Positions 23,521-35,782 of a DNA stretch of 64,000 nt are shown here, in pieces; position 1 is the stretch's first letter, and the number at the start of each line of letters is the position of its first letter. The notes beneath the pieces are model-generated. The model did not search any database. It had not been told where the DNA came from and was given only the letters and a program-made list of their open reading frames with translations. The stretch is taken from the NCBI GenBank assembly GCA_964036045.1, contig OZ038378.1, positions 197,656,001 to 197,720,000 on the forward strand, written 5' to 3'. This DNA is from Eutreptiella sp. 'Long Island Sound 2002' (lineage: Eukaryota > Protista > Euglenida). A program made the translations under genes and the position numbers.

Positions 23521-25429
23521 ATGTCCACGCACATCGAAAGAGGGGAATGTGACCTTGTGGTCAAGTAACTCAATGAACAAGCAAAAGGCGTGAAGAAGGA
23601 GTTGGGGGATGAGAGAGGGATGAGACCCCCCTCTCCCCCCCCCCCCCTCCTCTCTTGTAGTACATCGCTGTTTGGGTCCCCGGGGACATTTAGCGGTGGG
23701 GGCGGGGTGGGGTGGGATAAACTATTCTGTGGTAAATGTTCCATGGTGGTTGAGCGGGGGGGGGGCGTAGGATCGAGGATTTCACATCAAATGCACAAAA
23801 CGGATTGGAATGGCGCACTAATCATGCAGTCAGAGTCCATGTCAAGAAGTGTGCCCTTCTTGGTTCATCCCCGGTTGGAAATTAGTTCACGGCCCCCAAT
23901 ATGTATGCTAAAGCTCAATCCCCACCCCTACTCACAAAAATTCAGTCCTCATCTGCTAGCATATTGGATACCCCTCTTGACAACACTTTTCCTCTCCTTT
24001 GTCAAAGTGAAACAACAGTGCAACATAATTTCAAAACGGGATGCGGCGTCTTAGTAGTTCTTTTGCACATATTCACTCACGCAGTGGAAATGTTGTTCTC
24101 TTCATGTGGCCAGGTATGCCAGGCTTTGAAGGAGGCTCTTATGATAGGCTGCTCCAGGACTTATGACAGTTTGATGAACACCATCAATGCTGACATTGGA
24201 GGAGCACCAATTTGCCAACTGCGGTCCCTTAGTGTGTGTGGCTGACATAAAGGTTGGGCACATTTTTCCTAGTTCCAAGAAATTAGGTGGGGGATTAGCT
24301 CATGAGCGAACTCTGTTGAAGATGTGTCGTAATTATTGACAACGCGTACTTGCTGCAATAATGATGGTCAACAACATCGCCCACAGACAACACCAAATGA
24401 AAAGCAAGCTTGGATCCCCCCAAGCAAAACTCCATACTTGATGCAGCTTTTACACTGTTACATTTCGGCATAACGTTTCATTTCCCTTATGCCGACTCAT
24501 ATGTCGGCCTATAGGTCCTCATTCGAGATATTTGTGATTGATCTTTCTGAGCCCAATAGACGGAGTAGCTCGGCTAGCACTGAAGAGCAGTGATTCATTT
24601 TTAGGGCCCTTTCACGGCTTGAGGATCAGAGATTTGTGGCACCGTGTGTCCTTTGGTGAAAGCATTCAACCCGCACACCAGAGGCTTCGTATGCCTTCGC
24701 CCCCCCCCCCCCCCCAGTCAAGCCCCCTCGGGCGAGAGGGCAATGGCACAATGGCCATCACAAGCTGCTTTGTAGAACAGACATTGTACACCACAATGCC
24801 TCCAGAGAACGTTTCAAAGGTCCAAGGAGTGCAATGGTCCAAGACGTGCACATGAGCTTGGACACGGATGTCTTGCAATTGCGCTATGGCGATCGTGTGA
24901 AATGTGACATTGATGCACCCCCCCACCCTGAAGCCTGAAGCCTGAAGCCGGCTCGCATCTCTACCGTTCCTGGGCAGCATGTGTGGCAGTTCAAGATTGT
25001 GTGGGACCCCAATAGGCAAATTTGCACTATCTTTGTTCAGCAATAGGGACAGGTAGCAGATTGATGATTCAGTGCTGTGCATTGTGAGTATTTTCTTTTT
25101 TGCATCATGTGCATGACCCATCAGCATCTGCACATGTCGGTGTGTATCCTGAAGCCTTGTACAGCAAGCGACCGATAAGCCACGGATTTTGCCTCGGAAG
25201 GGCTTGGTGTGTGTTGTGCAATTGCCCCCCCCCCCCCCCCCCACTGGTGCATCACTTGACGCCTCCCCTCCCCCCCAAGGGTAGGCATGGCATTTGATGT
25301 ACTAGTGCAGGCTCGCGGTGGTTTTTCTGGCACTGTGTGTTCAAAACAAATGAAGTCGTGTCACTGTGTCATGATCTTCATCGCTTTGTCGGTGTTGCAT
25401 GCAATCCCCTTGTTGAGACAGCAGTTTGG

Positions 25430-25710
25430 TGCACTTGAACCCAAACACGCTAGCAGACTTGAAACTGATGCCATCGATGTACACTTGGAGTAGCTGCCCC
25501 CGAGTTTGTGGACCACATGAACCTCCATGTACAAGCAATTGCAATGTGCGCAAACACAACAGTGGATGTCATATTGTTGCCGAGCAAAGGAACTCACCAT
25601 GGGACACAAAGTGTTGGAGGGGCCAAAGCGCCACCCCACTAAAACCCGTAGACTAAATAGATACATATTATCTAGGCACTGTGCATTCCACCCAAATGTT
25701 TTGGGGCCGG
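25430..25710 (+). repeat. Degenerate satellite monomers directly upstream of the Ulp1 gene
   Basis: ACACGCTAGCAGACTTGAAACTGATGCC, GTAGCTGCCCCCGAG, CCATGGGACACAAAGTGTTGGAGG. Confidence 0.65.
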
Positions 25711-25837
25711 TGAAATTAACGCGTCATGTACGCCACTGCCTCCTTGTTAAGTTGAAGAGCCGTGAGTGCTCACTACGCTCAAACCGCACACAACGTGTTC
25801 CACAATCTTAGAGTGTTTGTCATTGTTAGTAGTCACC

Positions 25838-28800
25838 ATGTCTAATGGCGTCGCCAACAAATTGACGGAGGCGGCGCTGCAGGCACAGGAGAAGTTGGAG
25901 CGCCTCTTGTTGAAAAAAAGGATTCGGAATGGGGAAACAAATCAGGTGTTGTGCCTTGTTGCTTGCAGCTTGCCTTGCTTAATTGAACTCTTAGGACATG
26001 GATCTTTGCAAGTTGATAAATCTTTTCATGATTCCTGCAGACTGAATGCGAATGAAGGGACCTTGACGTTGCATAGGAAGCCGTTAGGGAACTATTAGAG
26101 TTCTTCTTTTGGAATGCACAAATTTACATGGCACCCTTTGTCCACGCATTAGCTATGTACCTGAATGCACGTATGTGGGACACGTGGCGGGGTTTGGGGG
26201 GTTCCAATGTTTCAAAGCACTACCATTTTCATTTCAGACAGTACCGAGGGCCACGTCCACGACCAGTGCTGGTGTGTCCATCACCGCGACCAACACAAGC
26301 AACATTGCCGCTGCTGCGCATCAACCGCTTTCACCATCCTCAGCATCTAAACCTAGCCCAAAACCTTGGCCCCATGAAATTGCGCATCCGGCGGAGTTGG
26401 TTCCAGCGCAGGGTACAAGGGATGATGCTCAAGTGCCAAAGGTATGTGTTGGTGTCCATATTGAATTTCATGGAATCAATTTTGAGTTCACGTGTGCAGT
26501 GATTTACCCATTTAGCACAAGTGACAAGGCTTTGCAGCAATCACCGGCATGTCCACGACGAGTCCCGCTACAGCCGCGGCTACCATGCTGATTCGTACTA
26601 CCACCCAACCTGAAGTGCGGTCACTGCAACCAATGTTTAGCTCTGACGCTCATCTCGTGATGTTGCCCTTCCGGCAGAGATGGCTTTGGAGGAGATTAGG
26701 GAGCAGCATCAATGGCCAACGGTGTGTGCTTCATGTTTGCATCCAAATCATGTAGATGCCCTTTTTGAGTCTGGCAATGCTATCACTTCGTGCTTGCACT
26801 CATAGAGGGCACCAACTCATAGCACTCTTTTGTTCTCTTAGTCCACGTCCAGTGCCGGCACTGACACTACGACCGTTGTGGCCACTCCCAACACACTCAA
26901 CATCGGCGCTGCTAGCGTGGGCACCCCCGACACCACCACGCCTCAATTGCCATTGCCAAATTCACGTTCTAAAGCAAGCCCGATGGACGTGGATATGGAG
27001 GAGGCTGCTGAGAATGGAGGGAACGATGTTTTTACCGAGGCTGATGACTTTGCGCTAGTAAGTGCGGCAGACCTTGACCGGTGTATCAATGTTGCGGGGT
27101 CTCATCGGGGATGGCTAAATGCCCAAGTCATCGACTACTATTTGTCTCACTTGAGCTCTGACATTGCTTTTCTTCCTTTGTCAGTGGCCACAATGCTGAA
27201 AAACGGGCCTGAGAAGGTTGCTACCGAGATATTTAGGAAGTCACAATTGCTGGGTAAAAAGATTTTTTTCCCAGTGCACACCGGAAATCATTTTTTTGGT
27301 GTTTTGGTGCTACCCGTTGGACTGGTCATTCATTTGTGTGTTTTCAACTCGGGCCGCGGTGGGGCAGCATTCATCTCTCGGCAAATGTGTGACAAAATCC
27401 AGATGTTTCTAATGGCAAGGAGATCCATTGAGCCGAATGCCCCAACGCTCCATTTTGGTGAAGTCAACATGGTCCCGGTTCGAAAGCAAGATAATAATAG
27501 GGACTGTGGGGTATTTGTATGCTGGTTTGGCAAGCTCCTTGCACATGAACGTTCAGGGATAGTGCCCAAACTGCAAGAATGTCTATTCTCCCATCTTCCC
27601 CTTCGATCAACCGAACTCTTCCCGGATTTCAACCCGACTGCTTTTCGGCAAGAGCTGCATGGGGCCATCTCACGATTTCTGGGACGAAGCTCCACCCGAG
27701 GTACATCCCACGAGAGAAGCCAGTGTAAGCAAGGTGAAGCGGTAGTTGGATATAATGATTTAGTTGAAGCCACACATGCAACCCCACCTGAAGCCACGGC
27801 TTTTGTCCCTGTCCCAACCACAGCCGTAGTGATAGGCTCAGCCCAAGCACCAACGCCGGCCCCATCCCCGGCCCTAGCCCTAGCCACAGACCCAACCACA
27901 ACCCCGGCCCAAGGCGTCCTTTCCGCCACAACCTCCGCCAACGCCCAGACCGCGGTCCCTATACCAGCCCAGGCCACAGCCCATGCCAAATCTACCCGGC
28001 AAGCCACAATCCCAGCCCTTGCCGCAGCCGCATCCCCAGCCCAAGCATCAGCCGGAGCACCAACCGCAACCACAACCACAACCCCAACGCCAACTCCATC
28101 CTTGGCCCCAACCCAAGGATCACCCGTCACCACAATTGTAGCCACACCCCAAGCCCTAACCCCAGCCCCATCCCCACAACCCCCCCGAGCCCTATCCTCC
28201 GAGTCAGCTTCAAGCCCAATTGCGGGAATAACCCTAGCCCCCAACCCAGCCCTGGCCTCAACGCTAGCCCCATGCACAATCACAACGACAACCCCAACCC
28301 TAGCAACCGCCACTACCACAGCCCTAGCCCCATCCTTAGCCCCAACCACAACCGCGGTTCAAGTTCCAGTGCAAGCCCCAACCACAACCCCAACAACAAC
28401 TCCCGGCCCCACCCGAGCCCTGGCCCCGTCCACAATGCCAGCCGCCTCCTTTGCCCCAACCCCAAGTCCATCCGCCGCCATAGCTCCATCCTTAGCCCCA
28501 GCGACAACCATAGCCACAACCGTCAGCGCGGCTCCAGCCCCAGCCCTGGTTGCTATCCCAGCTTCAACCCGGGCCACAACCCTAGCTCTGGCCACACCCC
28601 AAGCCACAACCACAATGCTATCCCCACCCATAATTCTGATTGCAGTCTCGAGTGATAGGGTTAGGGGACTCCAAGATGTGGAGAGTGAATTGGGAACACG
28701 AGCGGACAGTACGGGGAAGGGGACTCAAAATGGGATGGAGGAGGCCTCCCCTGTTGCAGCCCTTTGTGTCGCCGATCAAGTGGCAAGAGGTGTTCTGAAG

Positions 28801-29799
28801 GTAGGTGATAAGGTTCGGGTTCTTTGGGCTACACCATTAGGTCCCAACAAAGATGGCCCAACCGCTATGTATTTTTCCAAGGAGGAAAGGACAAGAAAAT
28901 TTAGTTGGATCTTTGGAAGCGGCAGGCCTGGCGGGGACTTTGTTGAAGGTGTCCCCGTTGGACTCTCTACTATTCCGTGGCCATGTTCAGGGGAATGCAA
29001 GTTGGACATGGTGTTGGTTCGGGGGCTTTTTTTTGTGAGTGCACTTCGACAAATGGAAGGACAACTTGGGCAAGCAAACTCCTCCGGAGAATGGGACACC
29101 ACCATTCGACCTGTCAAGGAGTATTTCAACAACCCTGAGGACGTCATTGCTTTCGAGATGAATGTTCCGAGCGAACGGCTACTGAAACTTGATCGACCCG
29201 ACACTGACCCACTTATGGCGCAGCTTAACCTTGTTGCTTTGGTTGAATACCGGCAAGGTTTTTCCACTGACCTCCTAGCTCGCCATTGGCAAGGCAACCT
29301 CCCTGAGCCTTTGAGCCGCCATGTTGCGCTAACCTTCTTGCGCCGCATATGCATAAACCGCTTCTTGGAGCCGGAAGCACCCGATGCTTGCACTAAGCCT
29401 GCACCAAAGGGTCAGGCCAAGCGAACCGCGCAGGCAAAAGATATGCGAAGAGATGTCCGAGGTACAGGGGGTGCCTTTGATGGGGTGGGCCACTGCCTTG
29501 TTGTCATCGCCCAAGCAACAAGGAGTGAGGGTGGGTTGGAATGGGAGGTTGAGATTCTTGAGGCAGGAGCTGCCACTTCTTCAGTCATTGGACGAGTGTG
29601 CAAGCTCCTTGTCAGCATAGTGCGTAGGGCGGTGCCTGGCGCGAATGTGAAAGTTCAACGATGGACCCAGCCCGACTTCCGACGCCAGGTCCCCACGCCT
29701 TTGAATCCAACAAAAAAGGTCCGACGAGCAGCAGATGGGCAGCCACGTTGTGGCTTCACTGCAAGCAAAATTTTGGGAGCCCTAGCACGGGACGGTTAG
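25838..29799 (+). CDS. Multi-exon Ulp1/C48 (SUMO/Ub-like) protease gene with a Pro/Thr/Ala-rich linker and further C-terminal domains
   Basis: Main exon 26842-29799 (acceptor TTCTCTTAG, in frame): GWLNAQVIDYY, IFFPVHTGNHFF (His), VFNS, RKQDNNRDCGVF (oxyanion Gln, Cys). Putative 5' exons flanked by GT/AG at 25838-25945 and 26678-26721; the exons between them are unresolved. Confidence 0.8.
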
Positions 29800-30390
29800 C
29801 TGAATCTCAATGAAGTCACCCAGGAGCGGTACGATGTTTTCACTGTTGAGGAGTGCTATGCACTCCTCGAAAGTCTTCACAAATGGATGGAAGGGCTCCT
29901 GCTACAGAGGGCTCAGCGGTCTGAGCACTTCTACAAGGTCATGGCAACGTTGTCGGCAGATCTAAAGGCAGCAGATGCGGAAGCCAGGATTGTTCAACCC
30001 TGCCCCGACATTGATATTGTGAGGATGTTAGCAGTGTGCCTAGGGGGGCGGGGGAGTGCCAAACCTCATTTCTTGTTTACATCTCCCTCCCACGAGGAGG
30101 GAAGTTTCGACAGTTTTGTGAAGTGGTGGCAAGGCACTAGGGCGTATACAAATAAGGAAACATTTGTTCAGGGCATGGCATCGAATGAGGTGCGGCAGCA
30201 GGGTTGGTTGGTTTGGTTCCCCGTGGGTAGCCCCATTTCACCTCAAGGACTTCACCATGCGAAGGAAAATGGGCATGGTGGCAGCAGGATTGGGGCGGGG
30301 AGGCCTCAAAAACTTGCTTATAAACGAAAGCGAATCTTCTCCAAGCCAAGAAAGGGTCATGGAGGCAGCAACATGGTGAGCTCCAACTAA
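29800..30390 (+). CDS. In-frame continuation of the Ulp1 gene beyond a single TAG; unknown domain ending in an AT-hook-like GAGRP motif
   Basis: Same frame as 26878-29799 and open from 29800 to 30390 (..ARDG*LNLNEVTQERYD..); contains HGGSRIGAGRPQK..KRKR. Confidence 0.5.
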   Translation: MNLNEVTQERYDVFTVEECYALLESLHKWMEGLLLQRAQRSEHFYKVMATLSADLKAADAEARIVQPCPDIDIVRMLAVCLGGRGSAKPHFLFTSPSHEEGSFDSFVKWWQGTRAYTNKETFVQGMASNEVRQQGWLVWFPVGSPISPQGLHHAKENGHGGSRIGAGRPQKLAYKRKRIFSKPRKGHGGSNMVSSN

Positions 30391-31706
30391 GTGTTGCGTA
30401 GATTACATTTTTTTTGGCCTTTAGTCAATGACCGCATACCCCTTTCTTGATTTGCATTGTGTGGAGCCGTTGCCCGTGATTACACCTATTATGGTGAAAA
30501 ACCCTCAATGTGATCAAGTGCACCAACCATGTTTCGACCTAAATGGCAAAGAAGGCGTTCGCGTGTTCTCCATTCGCTCCTTCCACTATTTGTTTTGCAT
30601 GTTGGCCTCCATTGGCCGTTCGCATACAATTTGTTACATTCGCACAAGGATCAGGAGGTTGCAACATATGTATACTCGATGGTTGTCCATACTCCACTTT
30701 GCCGCAAATGGGATTTGGGTGGTCTTTGTATGATCTGGTGCTAACCCATTTGCCACTTGTCGTGTTGGACGATGGACATGTGTTACAAATTAAAAAAGGG
30801 CGCCTCAAGTGTGACGTGATATGGTCGTTCCATGAAGAGTTAATAAATTTGCTTAGAATCTTTGCGCTGCACAACCGTGTCATGAATTCATGGTTGAACA
30901 TTGAGCAAAGTTTTGTGAATGGCCCAAATTTCTTTTGTGTATGTGCTTTTTAACCTTTGTAGTGTCATCATCATCTGATGCATGTGTTTCCATGCACACC
31001 ACTCAACAACTCTAAATAGCATCAACGTTCGAACTGTCTGTTTAACGGCTTTGGCTTTGCACTTTTAACGCTTGCAGTGATATCACCATTTGATGCATGG
31101 TATTCCATGGCTCACCACCTAGCAACTCTAAGGAGCACAACACCCCCTTGAGCAGGTTTATGGGTTTTGTTTTTTGGTCCGGTTGGTTAACCACAACGTT
31201 GTATTCTTTTCCTTAGATAGATGCATGGACAATGAATGTCATCACTCAGTGCAGTGTTCCTAAAGATTTTTCAATACAATCCTTGTACATGAGAGAAAAT
31301 CCCAACCGGCACCATGCAATTGTCCCAAATGCACTTGCACACTTGAAAATTCCAAGCATAGTAACCAGCCATGGGAAATAGATGTGAGCAAGTGAGTCAC
31401 CGATCAGCGTAGCTCCCCCCCCCCCCCAATTTTGGATTTGTGGAGGAAATGCAATCTTACCAGACCTATGGGCGGCAGGGGCCATCGACTTTGGGGGTTT
31501 CCATACCCTCCGGTGGTGCGGGGTGACCCCACGGTTTTTCTATGTCCCCGAATTTGGTGAACATGATGATTGCAGTTCAACCAAACCCCTGCTAGGATTA
31601 AGGTGGCACCTAGTCAAAGTGGTAAAACTTTGAGTGTTGGTTGTGTTTGTACACTTGTTGTCTTGCCCAAGGTATGTTGCTATGACCACGGGCTAAAATT
31701 CTTCAT

Positions 31707-32067
31707 TTCCGATTGTTTGGCAGGTTTTGCCGCTCTGCCTGCAATTTTTTTGTACAATAAAGAACGCCTGCCCCTTTTTCCAAGCCCAAAATTGACGGGT
31801 CATTCTTGAAATAACACCCCCTCTTTTTTCTGATCCCCCAAAAGGAGAAAAAACATCAGTGTGTCTGATTGCACTAGAATGTTGCATTCCGATTGTTTGG
31901 CAGGTTTTGCCGCTCTGCCTGCAATTTTTTTGTACAATAAAGAACGCCTGCCCCTTTTTCCGAGCCCAAAATTGACGGGTCATTCTTGAAATAACACCCC
32001 CTCTTTTTTCTGATCCCCCAAAAGGAGAAAAAACATCAGTGTGTCTGATTGCACTAGAATGTTGCAT
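31707..32067 (+). repeat. Near-perfect 180-bp tandem duplication
   Basis: TTCCGATTGTTTGGCAGG... starts at 31707 and at 31887. Confidence 0.95.
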
Positions 32068-32199
32068 GTTGATTGTGGCATAGATGCATCCGCTACGCAC
32101 GGTCTTCGTTACAACCCGGCAAAGGTTTCCGACAATTCAAGACCGTGGGTTTGTGTGATGTTATTCTATGATGATATTTGACAAGGCAAGTTGGACGGG

Positions 32200-33710
32200 G
32201 TGGAGGTATGGGATGCACTGGTCCACCCCCCGATTGGGAATGGTCGTGAAGTGTGGGAACGGTCGTTGGGAAATGATTTGTTGACGAGGTGAGGAATCAC
32301 CAAGAGTAGCTGCCTCCGGACTTGTGGACCAAATGAACGCACCAAAATGGGGCACCATGTAAGGGACCCAAACACACTAGCGGACTTGAAATTGTTCGCA
32401 ACTTCAGAAACTCGCGTTGGGAATGGAAGCGTTCATGGGTCAAGTGGCACACACACTAGCTGCCTGGCAAATGCTGGACGGAATGCACACCCCACATCTT
32501 CACGCTATGTAACCTACCCAAACACACCATCGGATTTGAAATTCTCGTCAAGTGTAGGATCGTACGTTGGGAAATGAATTGTTGACGTGGTGCGGTATCA
32601 CCTGGAGTAGCTGCCCATACACTTCTGGATAAAATGGTCGCCGAATGCCCGAAATGCCCGACGGAATGGACACACCATAGCTTGGAGCCATGCAATCTAC
32701 TCAAACACAGTGCCGAACTTGAAATTGTCATCAAATGTAGGATTTTGTTTTCGGAAATGAAGTGTTCATGGAGTCAAGTATCACTCACAATATCTGCCCC
32801 TAGAATGCAGGACGGAAAGGACACACCGTACCTTGGAGCCATGCAATCTATCCAAACACACCGCCGGAATCGAAACTGTCCACAAGTGTAGGAGCTTGCG
32901 TTGGGAAATGAAGTGTTGATGGGGTCCAGTAACACCCATAGTAGGTGCCCCGAGAATGGTGGACGGAATGGACACACCATGCCTTAGCGCTATGCAATTT
33001 ACCCAAATCAGCCGCCGGACTTAAAATGGTTATCAAGTGTAGGAACTTGCGTTGGGAAATGAATTGTTGACGGGGTGAGGTATCACCCGCAGTAGACGCC
33101 CCCGGGCTTATGGACGAAATGGACGCTAGAATGCTTGACGCAATGGACATGTCATATCCAGGCGCTATGCAATCTACCCAAACACACCTCCGGACTTGAC
33201 ATTGTCGTCAAGTGTACGAACTTACTTTGGGAAACGAAGTGTTAATGGAGTTAAGTATTAATAGCCATAATAGCCATCTCTTGGCGCTATGAAATGCACC
33301 TAAACACGCCGCCGGACTTGAAATTATCGTCCAGTGTAGGAGCTTGCGTTGGGAAATGAAGTGTTCATCGGGTGAAGTAACACTCATAGTAGCCGCCCCT
33401 AGAATGCCGCACGAAAGGGAGACACCATATCCGGGCAGTGTGGAATCCACCCAAACACGTGAGAGTGAGGCAACACGCATAGTAGCTGCGCACAAACATC
33501 TAGGCTACATGCACCCGCCATATCCGGGCACTACGGAATCTACCCAAATGCAATGACTGCCTTCGCATTGTTTCTCAAGGTACAAACTGAATGTGCAGGG
33601 GATGAGGCAACACTCATAGTGGGTGCCCCCACCATTTTGGACTGCATGCACCCTTTTATGCGGGCAGTGTGCACTAGCACTCAAACTTACGTGGTGACCC
33701 CATAGATGCG
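32200..33710 (+). repeat. Diverged array of the ~150-bp satellite ending just upstream of the SET-RecQ start codon
   Basis: Recurring AAACACACC..CGGACTTGAAATT...GTAGGA..TTGCGTTGGGAAATGAAGTGTT...GTAACACTCATAGTAG. Confidence 0.8.
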
Positions 33711-33767
33711 GGGCAAGCATTGGTTCCTATGTCTTTGTCCTCAGTTGTTTTTTTCCTGCAATTTACC

Positions 33768-35782
33768 ATGAACGGCCACCCTTTGCAAGCCCAATTTGAT
33801 CTTCTGGTTCAAACCAAGTTGCTACCACAGTATGGTACTGTAGCCAAGCAGCTGGTGGTGAAACCCTCCTTGTTGAATGATGCCGGCAATGGGTTGTTCA
33901 CAAACTGCCTCATCAAGAAGAACGAGCTCGCTACCTTTATGGAGGGACGGCTAATAGCCCGTGATGAAGCAATGGAAACCATTAACTCCAAAGGGGACTC
34001 ATCCTACTACCGTACACTAATCAGGTCTCATGTGCCATTGACCCTATGTGCTTCCTCCACCAAGTTTTGTGGGATTTCATCCAATGCTTTTTGCCAATGT
34101 GCTCTACATATTCTGCTGCATTTTGCAACACTCTCAAGTGCATTTGACCACCCAAAGCCGGAAGGCGCTTAAATTGGTACTCCTGACAGTAGTGGGCAAT
34201 TACGTTGTTGGCGCAATGGGAGATCTCGCCGGGGAAAACATCCATGCATGACGTGGAGGGCAATATTTTTATCCCGTCCTTGCATTCGTCCCACATGTTC
34301 CACAGTCAACAATTGGGAATTGATGGTATTCGACAACCGCCTTTGGGCAGGAGTTTTGGCGCAGCATCTTTCGCCAATGATGCCGGCAAATTTTGCAATG
34401 TGAAATTCATTATTAAGGAATTTCATGAAGGATGTCTACCCGTGTGCTTCTTGCAAGCATTGCGAGATATTAAGCCGGCAGAGGAGTTATTTGTCAGTTA
34501 CGGCTCCACCTACTGGGATCGCTCCGAGCACATGGTTACTGTTACAGAGGATCCCAATGGCTTAGTACAATCACACATGGCCCCCAGCCCTCAACCAAAA
34601 GAGACGTCAGAAAATCAGTTGAACAGTCAGCTTGACAGCCACGCAATCAGCGAATCACACAACGAGCCAAGTGATAAGGCAGCCAGCAACATAGACACCC
34701 CTACGAACATACAGCCAGGGGACCACCAAGACGGCCACCCAATTAGCCAATTGGGCAACGCGTTAGGCAGCCGGTCAGCCAACGGACCTACCGACCAGCC
34801 AAACAATCAGGTGGACAGCCATTCACAAAGCCGGATAGATGTTTCGGCCGGTCAGTCCTTGGCGGGTCAAGCACACGGTGAGGACGATGATGACGAGGAT
34901 GATCTTGATGCACAAATTGCAGAAGCTCAGCGCCACTTTGATGCTCTACTTGAGAGGCGCGTGCATCCCTACGATACAAAGATAAAGGTGGAACCTGATT
35001 GCTACGATTCGCAACACATCGACCAGGGACCGGATTGGGGCGCTGAAATTGCGGCGGCGGAGCATGCCCTTGGCAAAGTACTTTATCCGCACCAAAAAAA
35101 GACCTTGCGTGCCCTACTCAACGGCCGTGACGTGCTTTGTGTTTCGGGAACTAACAGTGGCAAGTCACTCCCAGCCCAAATGCTTGCGCACATCACTCGT
35201 AAACCGGTGATTGTTTTTGAGCCTTTGCGAGCAATTATTACCACACAGCTACAGGAATGTGAACGGTTAGGGATTGCGGCGTACAAGTTGGAGGCAAACA
35301 CCCCGTTTCCGAACATCTCCCCGGGTGCAGCTATGGTGTACACCACTCCTGAGAAGGTGTCGTTGTCCAACGACGCCCTAGACAAGTTGGTGGATTTGGA
35401 TCCTGTGGCCTTTGTTGCAGACGAGGCTCACAAGGTCGCCCGAAGTGACAAAACATTTGGGCAGCAATGGACGGAGCTTGGGATTTGCCGACAAAGACTG
35501 CCCACCGTGCCGTGGTACGCATGCACAGCAACGGCCACAACACCTGAGCAACAGGCCATTATCGACCGCCTACACCTTCAAAATGCAGTGAACGTCCGTG
35601 GCATTCTCTACCGAGAAGAAATATCAATGGATTTTCACCACTACGCTCAACCGGTGAAACCTCAAAGACGTCATGCTCCTGAACTTGGTCCTTCCCCTTG
35701 TAAGGGGCAAGACATTGATCTTTTTCACCAACGTCGAAAAGTGCACGAACATGGTCAATATGTTGAAGAAGAAGGGTTTTAA
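33768..35782 (+). CDS. SET domain + acidic linker + RecQ helicase RecA1 lobe (exon 1 33768-34024, intron 34025-34305, exon 2 from 34306), copy B
   Basis: SET-N: VVKPSLLNDAGNGLF..IKKNE..GRLI. SET-C: GIDG..GAASFAND..NVKF..QALRDIKPAEELFVSYGSTYW. A GT..AG phase-2 intron joins them in frame (AG|T = Ser). RecQ motifs: PHQ (0), SGTNSGKS (I), EPLRAIITTQ (Ia), DEAH (II), TATAT (III). Confidence 0.85.

Larger units (their letters stand above)
1..35282 (+). mobile_element. One full period of a ~31-kb tandemly repeated giant Mutator-like transposon unit (SET-RecQ-MULE gene, foldback satellite arrays, Ulp1 gene); true element ends not identified
   Basis: Positions 1-1878 recur at 35283-37160 (offset 35282), 8506-23350 recurs at 37166-52012, and ~6850-12027 recurs at 58815-64000, all in the same orientation. 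The unit encodes a MULE-type DDE domain. No 9-bp TSD or sharp TIR end was found. Confidence 0.7.

Noticed and set aside
24538-25333. ORFs 24666-25244 (-) and neighbours as a third gene
   Set aside because: No recognisable motif, the starts fall in poly-G/C runs, and there is no second copy in the window to test conservation.
27830-28625. CCCTAG/CCCCAA runs resembling telomeric repeats
   Set aside because: They are irregular and in frame within the Ulp1 exon, encoding a Pro/Thr/Ala-rich linker; there is no perfect tandem telomere array.
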